Assembly (NCBI GenBank): GCA_955652915.1
Contig: CATPCJ010000247.1
Span: 1-60,479, forward strand
Direction: 5' to 3'
Length of the DNA stretch: 60,479 nucleotides
Source: an uncultured Bryobacteraceae bacterium
GTDB taxonomy: Bacteria; Acidobacteriota; Terriglobia; Bryobacterales; Bryobacteraceae
Below the pieces are notes generated by a model. That model did not search any database. It was not told where the DNA came from and saw nothing but the letters and a program-made list of their open reading frames with translations. Below are positions 56,539 through 60,479 of the stretch, in pieces. Numbering within the stretch: the stretch's first letter is position 1; each line of letters opens with the position of its first letter. A program made the position numbers and the translations under genes.

Positions 56539-56641
56539 CTTACGCGCGCGGTTCTGTAAGCGCTGCGGTATCAGTCGCCGCCTTTCAGAACCGCGACCGT
56601 AAGGGAGTGCCCATTGGCCTGCGGCCCACCAAAGGTGATGA
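56539..56641. repeat. REP-like palindromic element, copy B (two inverted arms)
   Basis: Arm cttacgcgcgcggttctg (56539-56556) and arm cagaaccgcgaccgtaaggga (56586-56606) are inverted repeats. 56586-56610 is the reverse complement of 12557-12581. Confidence 0.7.
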
Positions 56642-56669
56642 AATTTGCACCGCGCCTTCAACGGAGCGC

Positions 56670-57695
56670 TCAGACCGCGAGCTGATACTCTTTGAGCTTT
56701 CGATACAGGGTCGTCCGGCCGATGCCTAGCAGATTCGCCGCGATGGCTCGATCGCCCTTGGTATACGCGAGGGCATCGATGATGGCGCGGCGCTCGATTT
56801 GATTGAGCGGGACAATGGGTGACCGCCCAGGTTGGGAATCGGAACGATGCTCGTGGGCGAAGGCCTCGCCCGGGGGCTTGGGAAAGGGATTGGAACCGAC
56901 GGCCAACGACAGAAGCTGGGTCCTCCTGGCCATCAGATGATTTTGCAACATGGAAGGGAGTTCGGCCACGTGCAGCAGAGGTCCGGAATTAATCGCCACC
57001 AGGTGCTGGATGCAATTTTCGAGCTCGCGCACGTTGCCCGGCCAATCGTAAGAGATCATGGCCTCCAGCGTTTCCTGCGTCAAACTGTGATTCTTGCCGT
57101 AGCGCGCCAGGAAATGAGCGATCAGCGCGGGAACATCTTCCTTGCGGTCGCGCAGCGGAGCGATCTTTACGTTCACCACATTCAGGCGGTAGAACAGGTC
57201 GCGCCGGAAGGTTCCCTTTTCCACTTCCTTCGCCAGGTCGCGATTGGTAGCTGCTATAACGCGAAAATCCGACTTACGCTGGATCAGCGAACCGACTGGG
57301 CGGAATTCCTTCTCTTGCAGGACTCTAAGAAGCTTGGCTTGCAGATCGAGGGGCAACTCGCCGATTTCGTCGAAAAAGGCCGTGCCCCCATTGGCTGTTT
57401 CAATCAGGCCGGTTTTGGTGCCGACCGCGCCCGTGAAAGCGCCTTTCACATGACCGAACAGCTCGCTCTCCATGAGCGGGCCCACCAGCGAGGAGCAGTC
57501 GATGGTGACAAACGGACCGACGGGACTAACATCATGGATAGATCGCGCAACGACTTCTTTACCCGTGCCGGTCTCGCCTAGTAAAAGTACTGGCCAACGG
57601 CAGCGGCCCAATTTCTCCACAAGCCGCAATATGGTTCTGATCCGTGGCGACTGGCCAACTAAGACGTGTGCCGATGCTTGAGCTTGCGCAGACAT
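56670..57695 (-). CDS. sigma-54-dependent transcriptional activator, AAA+ plus Fis-HTH only (no N-terminal sensory domain)
   Basis: Walker A GETGTGKE, GAFTGA loop (VKGAFTGAV), and C-terminal HTH RAIAANLLGIGRTTLYRKLKEY. The AAA+ core begins about 15 aa from the start. Confidence 0.85.
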   Translation of the reverse strand: MSAQAQASAHVLVGQSPRIRTILRLVEKLGRCRWPVLLLGETGTGKEVVARSIHDVSPVGPFVTIDCSSLVGPLMESELFGHVKGAFTGAVGTKTGLIETANGGTAFFDEIGELPLDLQAKLLRVLQEKEFRPVGSLIQRKSDFRVIAATNRDLAKEVEKGTFRRDLFYRLNVVNVKIAPLRDRKEDVPALIAHFLARYGKNHSLTQETLEAMISYDWPGNVRELENCIQHLVAINSGPLLHVAELPSMLQNHLMARRTQLLSLAVGSNPFPKPPGEAFAHEHRSDSQPGRSPIVPLNQIERRAIIDALAYTKGDRAIAANLLGIGRTTLYRKLKEYQLAV

Positions 57696-57890
57696 TCACC
57701 GAATCCGTGAGGGCGGGACGGCCCTTAGCAACGTAGTGCCACCCGCCATCATAAACTCTACGGTTACTTTAAGATTTCAGCAAGCCCTCGACCTCTTAGA
57801 TTCGTGGGTTATTTGCGGTAGCGCCGCCACCTCATTTGGGGGTAGCGAATTTAGTACTTCCAACCCAGCACCTGAGGCGGTGCGTAGGAA

Positions 57891-57946
57891 AATGGGGTGG
57901 CAGTCACCTCAATCACCTCAAACAATGGGGTGGCAGTCACCTCAAT
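57891..57946. repeat. two identical 23-nt direct repeats spaced 33 nt (possible regulator binding sites)
   Basis: aatggggtggcagtcacctcaat occurs at 57891-57913 and 57924-57946. The spacer cacctcaaac repeats the 3' part of the unit. Confidence 0.85.
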
Positions 57947-58163
57947 TATCTGCCAACGATAGCGACCGCTCGTTCTGAGATGACTAATTTCGCCGCCCTC
58001 CGGATAATGTGGGCAATAATGTACAATGAACGCCTACCATTATGCCCAACCTGCTCCACAACTCAGCATGGCTTTGCCAGTTGTGGGTGGGCCTTCCCCA
58101 GCTTCAATCCATGCTTGACTCCAACGGTCGGCCGCAATTCGGGAATCGGAATACATCGCATCC

Positions 58164-60428
58164 ATGAGCACGGAGCGAAAAGCGCCGGAGTTGCAGCATG
58201 TTTCGGTTTTGTTTACGGACGTGGTCGGATATTCGAAGCTGCCCACTGATAAACAGGCCGAGATCGTTCAGCAGCTCACCGCGGCGGTTCAGAGAAGTCG
58301 CGCTTACCGGAAGGCGGAGGACAGGAAGGAGATGATTCCGCTGCCCACTGGGGATGGTGTTGCGCTGGCTTTTCTCGGGGACCCGGTTACCGCTGTTCGG
58401 TGCGCGCTCGAGTTGGCCGCGACGATTCGCGAGGATTATCCGAAGCTCGAACTCCGGATGGGTCTCAATGCCGGGCATGCGATCCAGTTTGAGGATATTC
58501 GTAATAACTCCAATCTGGCGGGCGGGGGCATAAACATGGCCCAGCGCGTGATGGATTTCGGGGATGGCGGCCACATCCTGGTCTCCGGAAGCATGGCTGA
58601 GATCCTGTTGGACCTGAGCGAGTGGCGTGACTGCCTTCACGATTTCGGTGAGCACGCCGCGAAGCACGACGTCATGATCCATGTCTACAACCTGCTCCAG
58701 GACGGGCTGGGGAATCTGGAAACTCCGGCGAAGCTCGCCGCCGCCCGGAAGGCTCCGCCCGTTTCGCCCAGGCGGATTCATATGGCGAAGGCGCCGCGAG
58801 GGGAATTGGTGGCACGGCCGGCGGAGTTCGACGAGGCGAAAAAGCAACTGCTCCATCGTCACGCTCCACCGACCGTGGCTCTTTCGACGGCGCTGTCCGG
58901 TGCGGGCGGGTACGGCAAGACGACACTGGCGCAAATGCTTTGCGACGATCGCGATGTTCAAGAGAATTTTCCGGACGGCATCCTCTGGGTGGATGTGGGG
59001 CAGACTCCGAATATCCTCCGGGAGCTCGGGCGGCTGTATCGGGAGCTGACCGGCACGAATCTCGCGACCGCGGACGAAAAAGAAGCCAGCGAGCTGGTAG
59101 CGCGTGAGTTGAAAGACCGGTCCGTGTTGCTGGTGATCGACGACGTTTGGCAGCGGACGCATCTGAAGGCGTTCCTGGACGCTGCGCCCAACAGTGCGCG
59201 GTTGATCACGACGCGGATCGTGGAAATTCTCGATCCGGACGTGACGCCCGTGCGAGTGGATGAGATGCTGCCGGACCAGGCTGTGGAGGTTCTGCTCAAG
59301 GGCATCCCGGAACGGCCAGCGGACATGCATCCGCTGCTGGATCTGGCAAAGCGTCTGGGGCAATGGGTACTGTTGCTGGAACTGGCGAACGGCAAACTTC
59401 GCACCTTGATCAACAGACAGCGCGCAACGCTCGCCGCAGCCGTGGATTTCGTTTCACGGCTGTATCGGCGGCATGGACTCGAAGCCTTTGATCGCGAAGA
59501 TCCCGCGCAAAGGAACGAGGCGGCCGGGAAGTCGATCGCGCTCAGTCTGGAGATGCTTGACCCCGCTGAGCGGGGCCGGTATCTCGATTTAGGGATCTTT
59601 CGGGAAGATACCGCCGTGCCATCGCTCGTAGCAATGGAGCTTTGGGGCGTGGATGCGCTCGAGACTGAGGAGGTGTTGTTGCGCCTGAACGATCTGTCGC
59701 TGCTGAAGTACGAAGTCGCCGGCGGGACCTTTCGGCTGCACGACGTGTTTTACGATTGGCTGCGGAGACAGGGCGCGGGTGCGGCGACGCATGCCCGGCT
59801 TTTGGATCGCTGGGGTGATTTGTACCACCTTTCCCACGCCTATGCCTGGCGATGGATCGGCTGGCACTTGATGCAAGCCGGACGGGCGGCGCAACTCCAG
59901 GAGCTTCTCCTGGACGTCTCCTGGATGGAGGCCAAACTCAAGGACGCCGGCCTGGATTCCCTGGTGGTGGAATACGATTTCGCGCCGTCGAGCGAGCCCC
60001 ACCGGTTGGTTCAACGCGCGCTGACCCAGTCCTCGCACGTTATCGTCAGAGAGCCCGCTGAATTAGCGGGGCAACTGTACGTCCGCCTGCTGGGGGTCGA
60101 GGAACCGGGAGTCGCCGGGTTGCGCGCGGAACTGCTGTTGCGCCTGGGATGTATCGTTCCTCTTTGGCCGGCGCTCACGCAGGCCGATAGCCCACTTGTT
60201 CGCACTCTCCAAGGCCACGCGGGAAGGGTGATGTCACTGGCGCTGAGTGGGGACGGGCGGACGCTGGTGTCGGGCTCGTACGACAAAACGATCAAGGTGT
60301 GGGAGCTGGAGACGGGCCGGGAAGTGCGGACGCTGGCAGGCCACGCGGGTGGGGTGATGTCGTTGGCGCTGAGCGGGGACGGGCGGACGATGGTGTCGGG
60401 CTCACACGACAAAACGATCAAGGTGTGG
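58164..60428 (+). CDS. STAND NTPase: class III adenylate/guanylate cyclase domain, NB-ARC, helical domain and WD40 repeats (3' partial)
   Basis: Hand translation from ATG 58164 shows 755 codons with no stop. VSVLFTDVVGYS...TGDGVALAF...GGGINMAQRV (cyclase); LSGAGGYGKTTLAQ and LLVIDDVW (NB-ARC Walker A/B); GHAGRVMSLALSGDGRTLVSGSYDKTIKVW (WD40). Not in the ORF track because it lacks a stop. Confidence 0.8.
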
Positions 60429-60429
60429 G

Positions 60430-60479
60430 CTCTCTCTTATACACATCTAAAGCTGCCGAAGACAAACAGAGTGTATATC
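60430..60479. other. Illumina Nextera adapter read-through (assembly artefact), not genomic
   Basis: CTCTCTCTTATACACATCT matches CTGTCTCTTATACACATCT at 18/19. AAAGCTGCCGAAGA matches GACGCTGCCGACGA at 11/14. An 8-nt index-like CAAACAGA follows, then GTGTATATC versus GTGTAGATC. Confidence 0.85.

Noticed and set aside
57898-57913. TGGCAG inside the 23-nt repeat as a sigma-54 -24 element
   Set aside because: The position 10-11 nt downstream reads TCAA instead of the TTGC (-12 GC) element.
58104-60421. Long minus-strand ORFs (58104..59363 at 419 aa, 58958..59413, 59589..60038, 60011..60421)
   Set aside because: They lie antisense to a 755-codon plus-strand frame with clear cyclase, NB-ARC and WD40 motifs. 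Their translations are Arg/Pro/Gly-rich with no motifs, which is typical of high-GC shadow ORFs.

Overview
60.5 kb high-GC contig. It looks like an Acidobacteria (Solibacter/Bryobacter-like) metagenome assembly, because it carries a Solibacter-type C-terminal Ig-like domain and REP-like palindromes, and its last 50 nt are Nextera adapter. All homology calls were made by eye from the translations; nothing was searched or computed.

Gene content, in order:
- SelA-like PLP enzyme plus RidA.
- Secreted and outer-membrane proteins.
- A lower-GC, translationally coupled operon of unknown function (about 7.9-12.0 kb) with a possible Lon-like protease domain. It lies next to a tRNA(UGG) gene split by a 115-nt insertion in the D-loop.
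- An operon-like amino-acid-tailoring cluster (13.9-24.9 kb): AurF-type diiron oxygenase, two methyltransferases, alanine racemase, class-V PLP enzyme, GGCT-like protein, a reduced LeuRS paralogue and an ATP-grasp protein.
- YciI plus ECF sigma factor.
- Flagellar genes motAB-flbD and flgMN-flgKL, separated by housekeeping genes.
- Three tandem heme-c / PHM-like copper monooxygenase paralogues.
- A decayed MlaD pseudogene.
- A cyanobacterial-type alkane pair (ADO-like plus AAR-like).
- c-di-GMP and sigma-54 signalling genes.
- An adenylate-cyclase / NB-ARC / WD40 STAND protein running off the 3' end. It is absent from the supplied ORF track because it has no stop codon.

Best candidates for something new:
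- the aaRS-containing tailoring cluster;
- the unknown operon beside the interrupted tRNA;
- the non-cyanobacterial ADO/AAR pair;
- the D-loop-interrupted tRNA itself.
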